A DNA stretch of 64,000 nt from an uncultured Alphaproteobacteria bacterium (GCA_963775315.1 CAVZIN010000010.1:170570-234569); one strand, 5' to 3'. Positions 19,066 to 29,085 are shown, counted from the first letter of the stretch. The notes: generated by a model from the sequence alone, not told the origin. Translations and numbers: made by a program.

Positions 19066-20819
19066 TGTGCGGCATCGCAGGCCTGATGACTGCACCGGGC
19101 CACTCGCCCGACCTCGCCGCTCTCGATGCCATGGCCCGAGCGGTCGCGCATCGCGGGCCGGACGGGACCGGCCGCCATGTGGCCGGTAACGTGGCGCTCG
19201 CCCACACCCGCCTCGCGATCATCGATCTCGCGACCGGCGACCAGCCGATCGGCGATCCCGGTGGCGCGGCACTGATCGCAAATGCCGAGATCTACAACTA
19301 TCGCGCGCTGGCGGCGGCGCTGGACGGGGTGGCGCTCCGCACAGCCTCGGATTGCGAGCCGCCGCTGCACGTCTGGCGGCGCGAAGGCGCGGGCTTCGTC
19401 GACCGGCTGCGCGGCATGTACGCCGTTGCCATCCACGATCCGACCGCGGGGCGGCTGGTGCTCGCACGCGACCCGTTCGGCATCAAGCCTCTGGTCTATG
19501 CCGAGACCGCGGCCGGCTTCGCCTTCGCGTCCGAGCCGCAGGCCCTGATCGCCGGCGGGCTCGTTGCGCCCGACATCCGGCCGGAGGCGCGCGCCGCGCT
19601 GTTCCAGCGCCAGTTCGCCTCGGGTGCCGACACGATTTTCGAGGGCATCAGGCGCGTCCTGCCGGGCGAGACGCTGGTCATCGAGGGAGGCCGCATCGTC
19701 GAGCGTCGCCGCCGGGCCGCCCTGCCCGACGGCGGGCCGGCGCCCACGACCGAATCCGAGGCGCTTGCCGCCCTCGATGCCGCGCTCGCCGACAGCGTGA
19801 CGCTGCACCAGCAGGCCGACGTGCCCTATGGCATGTTCCTTTCCGGAGGCATCGACTCCTCGGCGCTGCTCGCCCTGATGGCGCGGCTCAACGACCGGCC
19901 GGTGCGGGCCTACACCGCCTTCTTCCCCGGCACCGACGCGGCGGACGAGCGCGCCCGCGCCCGAGCCGTGGCCGAGGCGCTCGGCGCCTCGCATGTCGAA
20001 GTGCCGTTCGACGAGCAGGATTTCCTGGCGCTGCTGCCCGAGATCGCCGCCGCGATGGACGATCCCGCCGCCGATTACGCCTGCCTGCCGAGCTACAAGC
20101 TGGCGCGTGTCGCAGCCTGTGACGTGAAGGTCGTACTCTCGGGCGAGGGCGGCGACGAGCTGCTTGCCGGGTACGGGCGCTATCGGCGTGCGACGCGGCG
20201 CGTGCTGCCCGGCCGCCGGTTGCGCGGCCGCGGGGCGATGGAAGGTCTCGGCATCCTCCGCGACGAGGCCGTCTGGCGCGACGACGGCGACTCCCGGATG
20301 GCCGCCGAGCGCCGCGCCGGGCGAAGCGCGCTGCAGGCGGCGCAGGCGACCGACATCGCCGGGTGGCTGCCCGACGACCTTCTGATCAAGCTCGACCGCT
20401 GTCTAATGGCACACAGTGTCGAGGGACGAACGCCCTATCTCGATCCCGTCGTCGCGTCCTTCGCCTTCCGCCTTCCGGACGCCCTCAAGGTACGTCGCGG
20501 CTACGGCAAGTTCCTGCTCCGCCAGTGGCTCGCCGAGCGCGTGCCGGCTGCCGAGGCCTGGTCGAAGAAGCAGGGCTTCACCGTGCCCGTCGGCACCTGG
20601 ATCGCCCGGCATGGCGCGAGGCTCGGCCCGCTGGTCGCCGCCCAGCCTGGTGTTGTCGAGGCGTGCCATAAGGACGCGGTCGAGCGGGTCTTTCGCGAAC
20701 CGGGCGGGCGCGCCGGCCACGCCGCCTGGATCCTGCTGTTCTACGCGCTGTGGCACCGGCGCCACGTGCGGGGCCGACCGCCAGCGGGCGACGTGTTCGA
20801 CTGCCTTTCCGACGGCTAG
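19065..20819 (+). CDS. Asparagine synthase (glutamine-hydrolysing)-like amidotransferase
   Basis: N-terminal MCGIAG nucleophile and SGGIDSS PP-loop. The TAG stop uses the TA that flanks the IS630 insertion. Confidence 0.85.
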   Translation: MCGIAGLMTAPGHSPDLAALDAMARAVAHRGPDGTGRHVAGNVALAHTRLAIIDLATGDQPIGDPGGAALIANAEIYNYRALAAALDGVALRTASDCEPPLHVWRREGAGFVDRLRGMYAVAIHDPTAGRLVLARDPFGIKPLVYAETAAGFAFASEPQALIAGGLVAPDIRPEARAALFQRQFASGADTIFEGIRRVLPGETLVIEGGRIVERRRRAALPDGGPAPTTESEALAALDAALADSVTLHQQADVPYGMFLSGGIDSSALLALMARLNDRPVRAYTAFFPGTDAADERARARAVAEALGASHVEVPFDEQDFLALLPEIAAAMDDPAADYACLPSYKLARVAACDVKVVLSGEGGDELLAGYGRYRRATRRVLPGRRLRGRGAMEGLGILRDEAVWRDDGDSRMAAERRAGRSALQAAQATDIAGWLPDDLLIKLDRCLMAHSVEGRTPYLDPVVASFAFRLPDALKVRRGYGKFLLRQWLAERVPAAEAWSKKQGFTVPVGTWIARHGARLGPLVAAQPGVVEACHKDAVERVFREPGGRAGHAAWILLFYALWHRRHVRGRPPAGDVFDCLSDG

Positions 20820-21884
20820 AGCGGTTCATTGTTTGAGCGAATCGGAGGGGATTCCCGATTTGCGGCGTTTGTGATTCAAGATGCTGGCTGGAGCGGAGGC
20901 CAGCATCGATGACCCGACCTCTTTCGAATGATCTTCGTGAGCGCGTTGTTGCGGCGGTTCTGTCCGGGGAGACCTGCCGATCTGCGGCGGCCCGGTTCGG
21001 CGTTGCCGTTTCGACGGTGGTGAAGTGGTCGCAGCGCTATCGTGCGACGGGCTCGGTCGCACCAGGTAAGGTCGGTGGACATCGCAAGCCGATCCTGACG
21101 CCGCACCGCGCCTTCATCGTGGAACGGATCGCCCAGACGCCGCACCTGACGCTGCACGGGCTCAAGCGCGAGCTGGCGGCGCGCGGGGTGAAGGTCTCGC
21201 ACAACGCGGTGTGGCTATTCCTCAGGCGCGAGGGGCTGCGGTTCAAAAAAAACGCTGTTCGCCCTTGAGCAGGGCCGCGCCGACGTCGCCCGCCGGCGGC
21301 AACGCTGGCGATCCTGGCAGGCCGGCCTCGACCCGAAGCGCCTGGTCTTCATCGACGAGACCCCCGCCTTCGCGGGGGCAGGCTCTGGATCAAGACCAAC
21401 ATGGCGCCGCTGCGCGGCTGGGGATCGAAGGGCAAGCGCCTGCGCGGCTTCGCGCCGCACGGCCACTGGCGCACACTGACCTTCCTCGGGGCGCTGCGCT
21501 GGGATGGCCTCGCCGCCCCCTGCGTCTTCGACGGGCCGATCAACGGCCAATGCCGCGCCTATGTCGCGCAGCAGCTCCTGCCCGTGCTCCGGCCCGGCGA
21601 CATCGTCGTCATGGACAATCTCGGCTCCCACAAGGGAGCTGCCGTCCGCCAGATGATCCGCGCCGCCGGCGCGAGGCTCTGGTATCTGCCGCCCTACTCC
21701 CCCGACCTCAACCCGATCGAACAGGCCTTCGCCAAGATCAAGCACTGGATGCGCGCCGCACAGAAGCGCACCGTCGACGACACTTGGCGCCACATCGGCT
21801 GCCTCGTCACGACCATCGATGAGGCCGAATGCCAGAACTACTTCGCAAACGCTGGATACGCTTCCGTCAAAGCGTGAACCGCTC
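20819..21884 (+). mobile_element. IS630-family insertion sequence (1066 bp) flanked by a duplicated TA
   Basis: Terminal inverted repeats GAGCGGTTCA... at 20819 and, as reverse complement, at 21884. TA at 20817-18 and 21885-86. HTH plus DDE transposase coding inside. Confidence 0.85.
20909..21877 (+). pseudogene. IS630-family transposase, reading frame broken into three segments
   Basis: HTH part is in frame 2 up to the A8 run (21245-52). The conserved TLFALEQGRADV...VFIDET is in frame 0. After a 23-nt hairpin-containing stretch (21363-85), WIKTNMAPLRGW...DNLGSHK...YSPDLNPIE returns to frame 2. Confidence 0.7.
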
Positions 21885-21964
21885 TAGGGCTCCGCCGAGG
21901 TTGCGCCTTCGCCCTCAGCCCCTATGATCGCCCCCGGTTCATGCGGCAGTAAGGGAGCCCGCAG

Positions 21965-23296
21965 GTGGCGGAGACATACGACCTGATCGTCGCGGGCGGA
22001 ATTTGCCTTGCCCCCGGCGGGCGCATCGAGGCCGACGTCGGCGTGCGCGACGGGCGCATCGCGGCCATCGGCCGTCTCGATTCCGGCGCGGCGGGCACGG
22101 TGATCGACGCGAAGGGGCTGCACGTCCTGCCCGGCGTGATCGATAGCCAGGTCCATTTCCGCGAGCCCGGCCTCGTGCACAAGGAGGATCTGGCCACCGG
22201 CACGCGCGCCGCGGTTCTGGGCGGCATCACCGCAGTGTTCGAGATGCCGAACACGAATCCCAACACCGACAGCGAAGCCGCGCTCGCCGACAAGCTCACC
22301 CGCGCCAAGGGCCGCGCCTGGTGCGACCACGCCTTCTTCATCGGCGCGACCGCGGAGAACGCCGACACGCTCGGGACGCTGGAACGCCTGCCCGGCTGCT
22401 CCGGCGTCAAGATGTTCATGGGAAGCTCGACCGGCACCCTCCTGGTCGCCGACGACCCCACCGTCGCGCGCGTGCTGAAATCCGGACGCCGCCGCATGGC
22501 CGTTCATTCCGAGGACGAGGACCGGCTGCGCGAGCGCTGGAAGCTGGTCGAGGCGGGCGCCGACGTAGCCCGCCATCCGGACTGGCGCGACGTCGAGACG
22601 GCGACGCGCGCGACGCGCCGCCTGCTCGCCCTCGCGCGCGAGGCCGGGCGGCGAGTGCACGTGCTGCACATCTCGACCGCGGAGGAGCCGGCGCTGCTGC
22701 AGGAGGCGCGCGACATCGCGACTTTCGAGATCACCCCGCAGCATTTGACCCTGGCGGCCCCCGAGTGCTACGCGCGGCTCGGCACGCTCGCCCAGATGAA
22801 CCCGCCGATCCGCGACGCACGGCACCGCGACGCGCTGTGGCGCGCCGTCGCGAGCGGGCTCGCCGACGTGATCGGCTCAGACCATGCGCCGCACACGCGC
22901 GACGAGAAGGACCGCCCCTATCCGAAAAGCCCGTCGGGCATGCCGGGCGTGCAGACCTTGCTGCCGCTGATGCTGGACCATGTCGCCGGCGGGCGGCTGA
23001 GCCTGGAACGGCTGGTGGACATGGTCTGCACCGGCCCCGCGCGGGTCTACGGCGCAGCCGCGAAGGGGCGCCTTTCGCCCGGCTACGACGCCGATTTGAC
23101 GCTGGTCGACCTCGGCGCAAAGCGCACCATCACGAACGGCTGGATCGCCACGCGCGCCGGCTGGTCGCCGTTCGACGGGATGGAGGTGACCGGCTGGCCG
23201 GTCGCCACGGTAATCCGCGGCAACGTGGTGATGCGCGATGACGAAGTGCTGGGCATGCCGGTCGGCGCGCCCGTGCGATTCCTGGAATGCTTGTGA
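21965..23296 (+). CDS. Dihydroorotase-like cyclic amidohydrolase
   Basis: GTG start. PGVIDSQVHFREPG metal-binding motif and ...IGSDHAPH motif of the amidohydrolase superfamily. Confidence 0.8.
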   Translation: MAETYDLIVAGGICLAPGGRIEADVGVRDGRIAAIGRLDSGAAGTVIDAKGLHVLPGVIDSQVHFREPGLVHKEDLATGTRAAVLGGITAVFEMPNTNPNTDSEAALADKLTRAKGRAWCDHAFFIGATAENADTLGTLERLPGCSGVKMFMGSSTGTLLVADDPTVARVLKSGRRRMAVHSEDEDRLRERWKLVEAGADVARHPDWRDVETATRATRRLLALAREAGRRVHVLHISTAEEPALLQEARDIATFEITPQHLTLAAPECYARLGTLAQMNPPIRDARHRDALWRAVASGLADVIGSDHAPHTRDEKDRPYPKSPSGMPGVQTLLPLMLDHVAGGRLSLERLVDMVCTGPARVYGAAAKGRLSPGYDADLTLVDLGAKRTITNGWIATRAGWSPFDGMEVTGWPVATVIRGNVVMRDDEVLGMPVGAPVRFLECL

Positions 23297-23306
23297 CGGA
23301 GACGTA

Positions 23307-24299
23307 ATGGCCGAGGAGACCTTCCGAGCGCTGCTGCTCGAACAGGGCGAGAAGAAGCCGACCGCCTCGATCCGCACCCTGTCGGTCGCGGATTTGCCCG
23401 AGGGCGACGTCACTGTCGCGGTCAGCCATTCCGACCTCAACTACAAGGACGGGCTGATCCTCGCCGGGCTGGGCGGGCTGGTGCGCACCTACCCGCACGT
23501 TCCCGGCATCGATTTCGCCGGCGAGGTGGTGGATTCGCGGGCTGCCGGCTTCAACCCTGGCGACGCGGTGATCCTGACCGGCTGGCGCGTCGGCGAGGCG
23601 CATTGGGGCGGCTATGCCGAGCGTGCCCGCGTGAAGGCCGAATGGCTGGTGAAGATGCCCGCGGGGCTCGACGCCGCGCACGCCATGGCGCTCGGCACGG
23701 CGGGGTTCACCGCGATGTTGTGCGTGATGGCGCTGGAGGAGGCCGGCGTCGGCCCCGAGGCGGGCGATGTGCTGGTCACCGGCGCGGGCGGCGGGGTCGG
23801 CGGCATCGCGATCTCCCTGCTGGCGAAGCGTGGCTACAAGGTCGTCGCAGCGACCGGGCGCGCCGCGCTCGCCGACCGGCTGAAATCGCTCGGCGCCGCC
23901 GAGGTGATCGACCGTGCCGAAATCTCCGGCAAGCCTGCCCGGCCGCTGGCCTCCGCGCGCTGGGCCGGATGCGTCGACGCGGTTGGCGGGGCCGCCCTGC
24001 CCCAGATCCTGGCGGCGATGAAATACGGCGGCACGGTCGCCGCGTGCGGCAATGCCGGCGGGGTGGCGTTCGAGACCACGGTGCTGCCCTTCATCCTTCG
24101 CGGGGTGCGGCTGGTCGGGATCGACTCGGTCATGTGTCCGGCGCCGCGCCGCGAGGCCGCTTGGCAAAAGCTCGCGACCGAGATGGACCGGGCTGCGCTC
24201 GACGCGCTCACCACCATTGTCACGCTCGACGCAGTGCCCGCGCTTGGCGCCAAGATCCTTGCGGGCGAGACCGAGGGACGGGTCGTCGTAGCGCTGTGA
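23307..24299 (+). CDS. YhdH/AcuI-family NADPH:quinone / acryloyl-CoA reductase (MDR superfamily)
   Basis: 330 aa. SDLNYKDGL and VTGAGGGVG motifs, typical of the YhdH subfamily. Confidence 0.8.
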   Translation: MAEETFRALLLEQGEKKPTASIRTLSVADLPEGDVTVAVSHSDLNYKDGLILAGLGGLVRTYPHVPGIDFAGEVVDSRAAGFNPGDAVILTGWRVGEAHWGGYAERARVKAEWLVKMPAGLDAAHAMALGTAGFTAMLCVMALEEAGVGPEAGDVLVTGAGGGVGGIAISLLAKRGYKVVAATGRAALADRLKSLGAAEVIDRAEISGKPARPLASARWAGCVDAVGGAALPQILAAMKYGGTVAACGNAGGVAFETTVLPFILRGVRLVGIDSVMCPAPRREAAWQKLATEMDRAALDALTTIVTLDAVPALGAKILAGETEGRVVVAL

Positions 24300-24400
24300 C
24301 GGCCGGGTTAACCCTGTTCGTTCAGCATCGGTTAGCGGTCACGGGCCTAGGATGACGATGCCGGGACGGGGAAATCCCGACCCGCGCCGGATCGGATCGT

Positions 24401-24682
24401 ATGCGCCTCATTTCGTTTCGCCTTGCCGTGATGGCTTGCGCGCTCGCCCTTGCCGGGTGCGAGGCGCCAGAGCAGGTGCTGCGCGCGGGCGTCAACCCGG
24501 TGCAGGATCTGTTCGGGTGGAACGAGGAGAAGGTCGCGCGCGACACCTGGCTGTCGCCGCTGCCGTTCGTGCCGCCGCCGAGCTATTGCTACCGGACGCT
24601 GGCCCAGTCGGACTGCTACCTCCGGCCTCAGCCGGGCGCGAGCGAACGGCTGGTCGGATACATCGGCCCGCCGCCCTACTGA
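24401..24682 (+). CDS. Small lipoprotein, unknown function
   Basis: Signal peptide with lipobox LALAGC. 93 aa. Confidence 0.55.
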   Translation: MRLISFRLAVMACALALAGCEAPEQVLRAGVNPVQDLFGWNEEKVARDTWLSPLPFVPPPSYCYRTLAQSDCYLRPQPGASERLVGYIGPPPY

Positions 24683-24691
24683 CCGAGGCGA

Positions 24692-25612
24692 TCAGGCGCC
24701 CTGTGAACGGCCTTCGACCGCCGCGGTGCGGGTAGCCTGGCGCTCGATGGCGGCCGAGCGGATCGCCTTCTGCAGCTTCTCGAACGCGCGCACCTCGATC
24801 TGGCGGACACGTTCGCGCGAGATCCCGTATTCCTGCGACAGCTCCTCGAGGGTCGAGGGCTCGTCCTTGAGCCGCCGCTCGGTGAGGATGCGCCGCTCGC
24901 GCTTGTTGAGGTTCTTCATCGCGGCGCCCAGCATCTTGCGCCGCCCATCGAGCTCCTCGCGCTCGGCGAGCACCGTCTCCTGCGAATCCGACTCGTCGAC
25001 CAGCCAATCCTGCCACTCGCCCTCGCCCTCGGCGCGGAGCGGCGCGTTGAGCGAGTGGTCGGGCGCGGCGAGGCGGCGGTTCATCGACACCACGTCGTCC
25101 TCGGGCACCTCGAGCCGCTTGGCGATTTCCTTCACGCTCTCCGGCGAGAGGTCGCCCTCCTCGATCTCCTGAAGCTGGCCCTTCAGCTTGCGCAGGTTGA
25201 AGAACAGCTTCTTCTGCGCCGCCGTGGTACCCATCTTCACCAGCGACCAGCTATGCAGGATATATTCCTGGATCGACGCGCGGATCCACCACATGGCGTA
25301 GGTGGCGAGGCGGAAGCCGCGATCGGGATCGAAGCGGCGCACCGCCTGCATCATCCCGACATTGCCTTCGCTGATCAGCTCGCCCAGCGGCAGGCCATAG
25401 CCGCGATAACCCATGGCGATCTTGGCGACCAGGCGGAGATGGCTCGTCACGAGCTGGTGCGCCGCATCGGTGTCGCCGTGCTCGCGCCAGCGTTTGGCCA
25501 GCATGTACTCCTGGTCGAGATCCAGCATCGGAAATTTGCGAATCTCCTGCAGATAGCGCGCGAGATTCGTTTCCGGGCTGACTTTGGTAAGGCTTGGCAG
25601 TCGAGTGTTCAT
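24692..25612 (-). CDS. rpoH: RNA polymerase sigma-32 (heat-shock sigma factor)
   Basis: RpoH box QKKLFFNLRK and sigma-70 regions 2 and 4. 306 aa. Confidence 0.95.
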   Translation of the reverse strand: MNTRLPSLTKVSPETNLARYLQEIRKFPMLDLDQEYMLAKRWREHGDTDAAHQLVTSHLRLVAKIAMGYRGYGLPLGELISEGNVGMMQAVRRFDPDRGFRLATYAMWWIRASIQEYILHSWSLVKMGTTAAQKKLFFNLRKLKGQLQEIEEGDLSPESVKEIAKRLEVPEDDVVSMNRRLAAPDHSLNAPLRAEGEGEWQDWLVDESDSQETVLAEREELDGRRKMLGAAMKNLNKRERRILTERRLKDEPSTLEELSQEYGISRERVRQIEVRAFEKLQKAIRSAAIERQATRTAAVEGRSQGA

Positions 25613-25724
25613 TTTAAATGCCTTCCCCCTGGCCGGTCCCTGCGCCGATGACGCTTCCCCCGCGGGCGGCCGCTTTCGTACCCGTCAGAAAGCTAAACGT
25701 GCGGTGCGTGGACACCGTTCCAGG

Positions 25725-26705
25725 TTAAACGTCCTCTAAGCAACGCTCTAACATATTCATAAAAGAAGGCGAATCTTTGACGAAATCAAGGCGCTGACCG
25801 GTGGTCGGATGGTCGAACCCGAGCTGGTAGGCATCCAGCGCCTGATGCCCCAGCCCGATCACGGCGGGGATCGCCGCCGCCGCCCCATGGCGCCGCGCCG
25901 CCTGGGCCCCGCCGCCATAGGTCGGATCGCCCACCACAGGATGTCCGATCCTCGCCATATGTACACGAATCTGATGGGTCCTTCCCGTCTCTAGCCGACA
26001 CTCGACCAGGCTGGCGGCGCGCCCGACCCGCCGCAGCACACGGTAGCGGGTGACCGCGCGCTTTCCGCCTCGTTCGACCACCGCCATCTTCTTACGGTCG
26101 TGCGCGGCCCGGCCGATATTCCCTTCGATCACACCTTCGGCCGGTCGCGGCACGCCCCAGACAAGCGCCCGGTAGGCCCGGGTGACGGTGTGGGCGGCGA
26201 ACTGCACCGCGAGGGAGCGGTGCGCCTCGTCGGTCTTGGCGACCACCATCAGCCCCGACGTGTCCTTGTCGAGCCGGTGCACGATGCCGGGCCGCCGCAC
26301 TCCGCCGATGCCGGACAGCGAGCCGCCGCAATGGGCGAGCAGTGCGTTGACCAAAGTGCCGTGGGCGGAGCCGGGCGCCGGATGCACCACCATCCCCGCC
26401 GGCTTGTCGAGCACAAGGAGGTGCGCGTCCTCGTACTTCACGTCGAGCGGGATCGCCTCGGGCTGCGGGCGGGCCGGGGCCGGCGGCGGCACGACGATGC
26501 GGAACGACTGGCCCGGTTTGACCCGGTAGGAGGGCTCGTCTATGGTCGCGCCCGCCAGTGACACTTGGCCGGCGGCGATCAGCGCCTGCGCCCGGTTGCG
26601 CGACAGGCCGGGGACGCGCTCGGCAATCAGCCGGTCGAGCCTGCTCCCCGCCGCATCGGGCCCGGCCATGACGCTGTGCTCGCTGCCCCCGCCTTCCGAC
26701 ACCAT
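25725..26705 (-). CDS. rluD: RluA/RluD-family 23S rRNA pseudouridine synthase
   Basis: S4-like N-terminus. Catalytic HRLDKDTSGL motif. Confidence 0.85.
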   Translation of the reverse strand: MVSEGGGSEHSVMAGPDAAGSRLDRLIAERVPGLSRNRAQALIAAGQVSLAGATIDEPSYRVKPGQSFRIVVPPPAPARPQPEAIPLDVKYEDAHLLVLDKPAGMVVHPAPGSAHGTLVNALLAHCGGSLSGIGGVRRPGIVHRLDKDTSGLMVVAKTDEAHRSLAVQFAAHTVTRAYRALVWGVPRPAEGVIEGNIGRAAHDRKKMAVVERGGKRAVTRYRVLRRVGRAASLVECRLETGRTHQIRVHMARIGHPVVGDPTYGGGAQAARRHGAAAAIPAVIGLGHQALDAYQLGFDHPTTGQRLDFVKDSPSFMNMLERCLEDV

Positions 26706-26726
26706 CAGCGCGAGAGATCACGAATC

Positions 26727-27053
26727 ATGGCGATGCTCAAGGGGTTGGTCATCGGCCTCGGCCTGCTGATCGTGCTGGCACTGGGGGTGATCGCGGTCAC
26801 CGTCGCCAACCGCACGTCCGGCCCCAAGACCACCGAGGCCCCGGTCGCGACGGCCGCGCCCGGCGCCTTCGGCAAGGTGCACGTGGAGCTGCCTCCCGGC
26901 GCGCGGGTGGTCGAGACCCATATCGAGGGCGGACGCCTAGTGCTGCGGATCGTCCGCCCGGACGGCAGCGAGGCGGTGCTGGCGTATGACCTGGCGGGCG
27001 GGCGCCCCGCCGGCACGGTCGAACTCGGAACCGCGCCGGCGGCAGCGAAGTGA
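26727..27053 (+). CDS. Membrane-anchored hypothetical protein
   Basis: ATG at 26727. N-terminal TM segment LVIGLGLLIVLALGVIAVTV. 108 aa. Confidence 0.5.
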   Translation: MAMLKGLVIGLGLLIVLALGVIAVTVANRTSGPKTTEAPVATAAPGAFGKVHVELPPGARVVETHIEGGRLVLRIVRPDGSEAVLAYDLAGGRPAGTVELGTAPAAAK

Positions 27054-27057
27054 GCCG

Positions 27058-27930
27058 CTACTGCACCTTGTGGTGGATCGGCTTCAGCGTGCGGAGATAG
27101 GCGACCACCGCGTCCAGATCCTCGGGGGCCATCTTCGCGAAGTGCGTGAACGGCATGGGCACGCCGAGCTTGCGCTTGCTGCTGGGGTCCAGGCCCGAGG
27201 TGATCGCCTCCTTGATCTGTGCGTCGGTCCAGCCGCCGATGCCGGTTTCCTTGTCCGGGGTGATGTTCGCCGACATGATCACGCCGCCGCCCGGCTGATC
27301 GAAGGGGAAGCCGCCGGCGCCCAGCGAATTCTCGTAGTCGTAGCGCCCGCGCACCTGCGGGGTATGGCATTCCATGCAGTGGGCGAGCGGGCCCGCGATG
27401 TAGCCGCCATAGGCCACCTTGTCAGATTTGGGCGGGGCCGTGACGTTTTCGGCCGGCTGCTCGGAGTGCAGTGGCATCTTGTAGTTCGACTTCGGCACCT
27501 TGTGGCTGATCGGCTTGATCGTCCGGAGATAGGCGACGATCGCATGCACGTCGTCATCGGACATGCGGTTGTACATCTCGATCGGCATCGGCGGGCCGAT
27601 CACCGTACCGTCGGGCCGGCGCCCGTTGCGGATGGCGGCCACGATCTGGTCGTCGGTCCAGCCGCCGATACCCGTCGCCTTGTCCTGGGTGATGTTCGCG
27701 CTGACCGCGCGGAACACGGGCGAGGTGAACACGAACCCGCCGGCGAAGCGCATGCCCTTGCCCTTGGGCCCGGGGATGGTATGGCAGTCGTCGCAGGCGA
27801 CGACCGCGTCCATCAGGTAGGTGCCGCGCTCGACCGGCGTCTCGGCCCTCGCGATGCCGACGTGAAGCAGCATCGCGGCGGACGCGAACAGCGTGCTGGC
27901 GCGAATGGCGCGCCGGATGGTGCTGTGCAT
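27058..27930 (-). CDS. Dihaem c-type cytochrome
   Basis: Signal peptide and two CxxCH haem sites (CDDCH, CMECH) in a duplicated domain. Confidence 0.85.
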   Translation of the reverse strand: MHSTIRRAIRASTLFASAAMLLHVGIARAETPVERGTYLMDAVVACDDCHTIPGPKGKGMRFAGGFVFTSPVFRAVSANITQDKATGIGGWTDDQIVAAIRNGRRPDGTVIGPPMPIEMYNRMSDDDVHAIVAYLRTIKPISHKVPKSNYKMPLHSEQPAENVTAPPKSDKVAYGGYIAGPLAHCMECHTPQVRGRYDYENSLGAGGFPFDQPGGGVIMSANITPDKETGIGGWTDAQIKEAITSGLDPSSKRKLGVPMPFTHFAKMAPEDLDAVVAYLRTLKPIHHKVQ

Positions 27931-28214
27931 TTGCCCCCCCCAATAGCTTTCCCCGCCATGCGTTCCGTGCGGGTTCGAGCACGATTACAGCAAGAATAAC
28001 GTAAAACTGCAATCGCGTTAAAAGGCGGATGGTGGATAACCATGCCGAACACTTGGCGAGCTTTTGCAAAGGCGGGAGCGGGCGCTCGGCTCGCGAGCCC
28101 TGGGCTGGCGAGGCTCATTGGGCCGGCGCCGCCTGACCATCAGCGCGACGCGCGCCTGCCGCCGCCGAGACGCTTGATCGCCGAAGCCCGTTGCCCTATG
28201 TGTGGGGCCGCCGC

Positions 28215-28290
28215 GTCCCCTTCGTCTAGTGGCCTAGGACGTCGCCCTCTCACGGCGATAACAGGGGTTCGAATCCCCTAGGGGACGCCA
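28215..28290 (+). tRNA. tRNA-Glu (anticodon CTC)
   Basis: Near-identical in layout to canonical bacterial tRNA-Glu. Acceptor GTCCCCT/AGGGGAC, anticodon loop CTCTCAC, GGTTCGAAT T-loop, encoded CCA. 76 nt. Confidence 0.92.
28247..28290 (+). repeat. attL core: 3' 44 nt of tRNA-Glu (anticodon loop to CCA)
   Basis: Exact 44-bp copy recurs at 56705-56748. The flanking bases differ on both sides. Confidence 0.85.
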
Positions 28291-28314
28291 GCATTTCCCC
28301 GCCCTTGCTCCCGT

Positions 28315-28346
28315 TTTGGCTATTTTTTGGCTAATATGCGGCGCCG
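28315..28346 (+). promoter_or_regulatory. Candidate arm-type integrase binding region (2 x TTGGCTA)
   Basis: TTTGGCTATTTTTTGGCTAATATGCGGCGCCG matches 56575-56606 at 28 of 32 positions, in the same orientation. Confidence 0.4.
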
Positions 28347-28368
28347 TTTATGCGGCGGCCGCGCGCCT

Positions 28369-29085
28369 TCACTCTTCCCACCGCTCCGCCGCCAGCGGCA
28401 GATCGTTCAGCTCGGCTCGAGCCTCTCGCCAGTTAGGGTAGTGCTCGGACATCAAGGCGAGGAATCGCTCGCTATGCGTCGGCTCGATCAAGTGGATCAT
28501 CTCGTGCACGACGACGTATTCGAGCAGGTCCTTCGGCTTCTTCGCGAGTTCGGTGTTGAGCCGGATGTGCCAGGCGCGAGAGTTGGCGCTACCCCACTTG
28601 GTCTTCATGCGCTGCAGGAAGTAGCCGTCCACAGAGACGCCAAGTCGTGGCTCCCATTTGGCGATCAGCCTAGGGACGATCTCGTGAAGCAGGGCCTTAT
28701 GCCAATCGTGCATCAGTCTCGCGCGCACCGCCTCGGTACTGCCAGGCCGCACGACCAGCGTTATGCGACGGTGATCGAGCCTGACGTGCGGTTTGCCGTG
28801 CTGATGCTCGACCGCCAGTAGATGGCGCCGCCCCCAGAGATAGTGGGACTCACGTGTGACGAATTTGCGGGGCGCTTCCCGGGCCTGCTTGGCGTACCCG
28901 GCCTGCTGTGTCCGTATCCAGGCCAGCTTCGATACGGCGTAGGCGCGTGCCACTTCGCTCCGGGTGCCCTTAGGCGCGACCAGGGTCACTCGGCCGTCAG
29001 GCGGATGCACGGAAAGATGAACGTGCTTGACCGCCTTGCGGGTCAGCTCAATTGATATGTCGCCGAGCTGCAGGGTCTCGCTCAC
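28369..29085 (-). CDS. DUF45/YgjP-like zinc metallopeptidase
   Basis: HExxH motif (VVVHEMIHLIEPTH). GTG start in a GTGA overlap with the hsdR stop. Confidence 0.8.
   Translation of the reverse strand: MSETLQLGDISIELTRKAVKHVHLSVHPPDGRVTLVAPKGTRSEVARAYAVSKLAWIRTQQAGYAKQAREAPRKFVTRESHYLWGRRHLLAVEHQHGKPHVRLDHRRITLVVRPGSTEAVRARLMHDWHKALLHEIVPRLIAKWEPRLGVSVDGYFLQRMKTKWGSANSRAWHIRLNTELAKKPKDLLEYVVVHEMIHLIEPTHSERFLALMSEHYPNWREARAELNDLPLAAERWEE

Noticed and set aside
21245-21252. The A8 run in IS630 as a standard programmed -1 frameshift site.
   Set aside because: The -1 frame gives Arg/Pro/Ala-rich nonsense. The conserved transposase sequence is in the +1 frame, and a second indel is needed downstream. 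A mutated or mis-sequenced copy is more likely.
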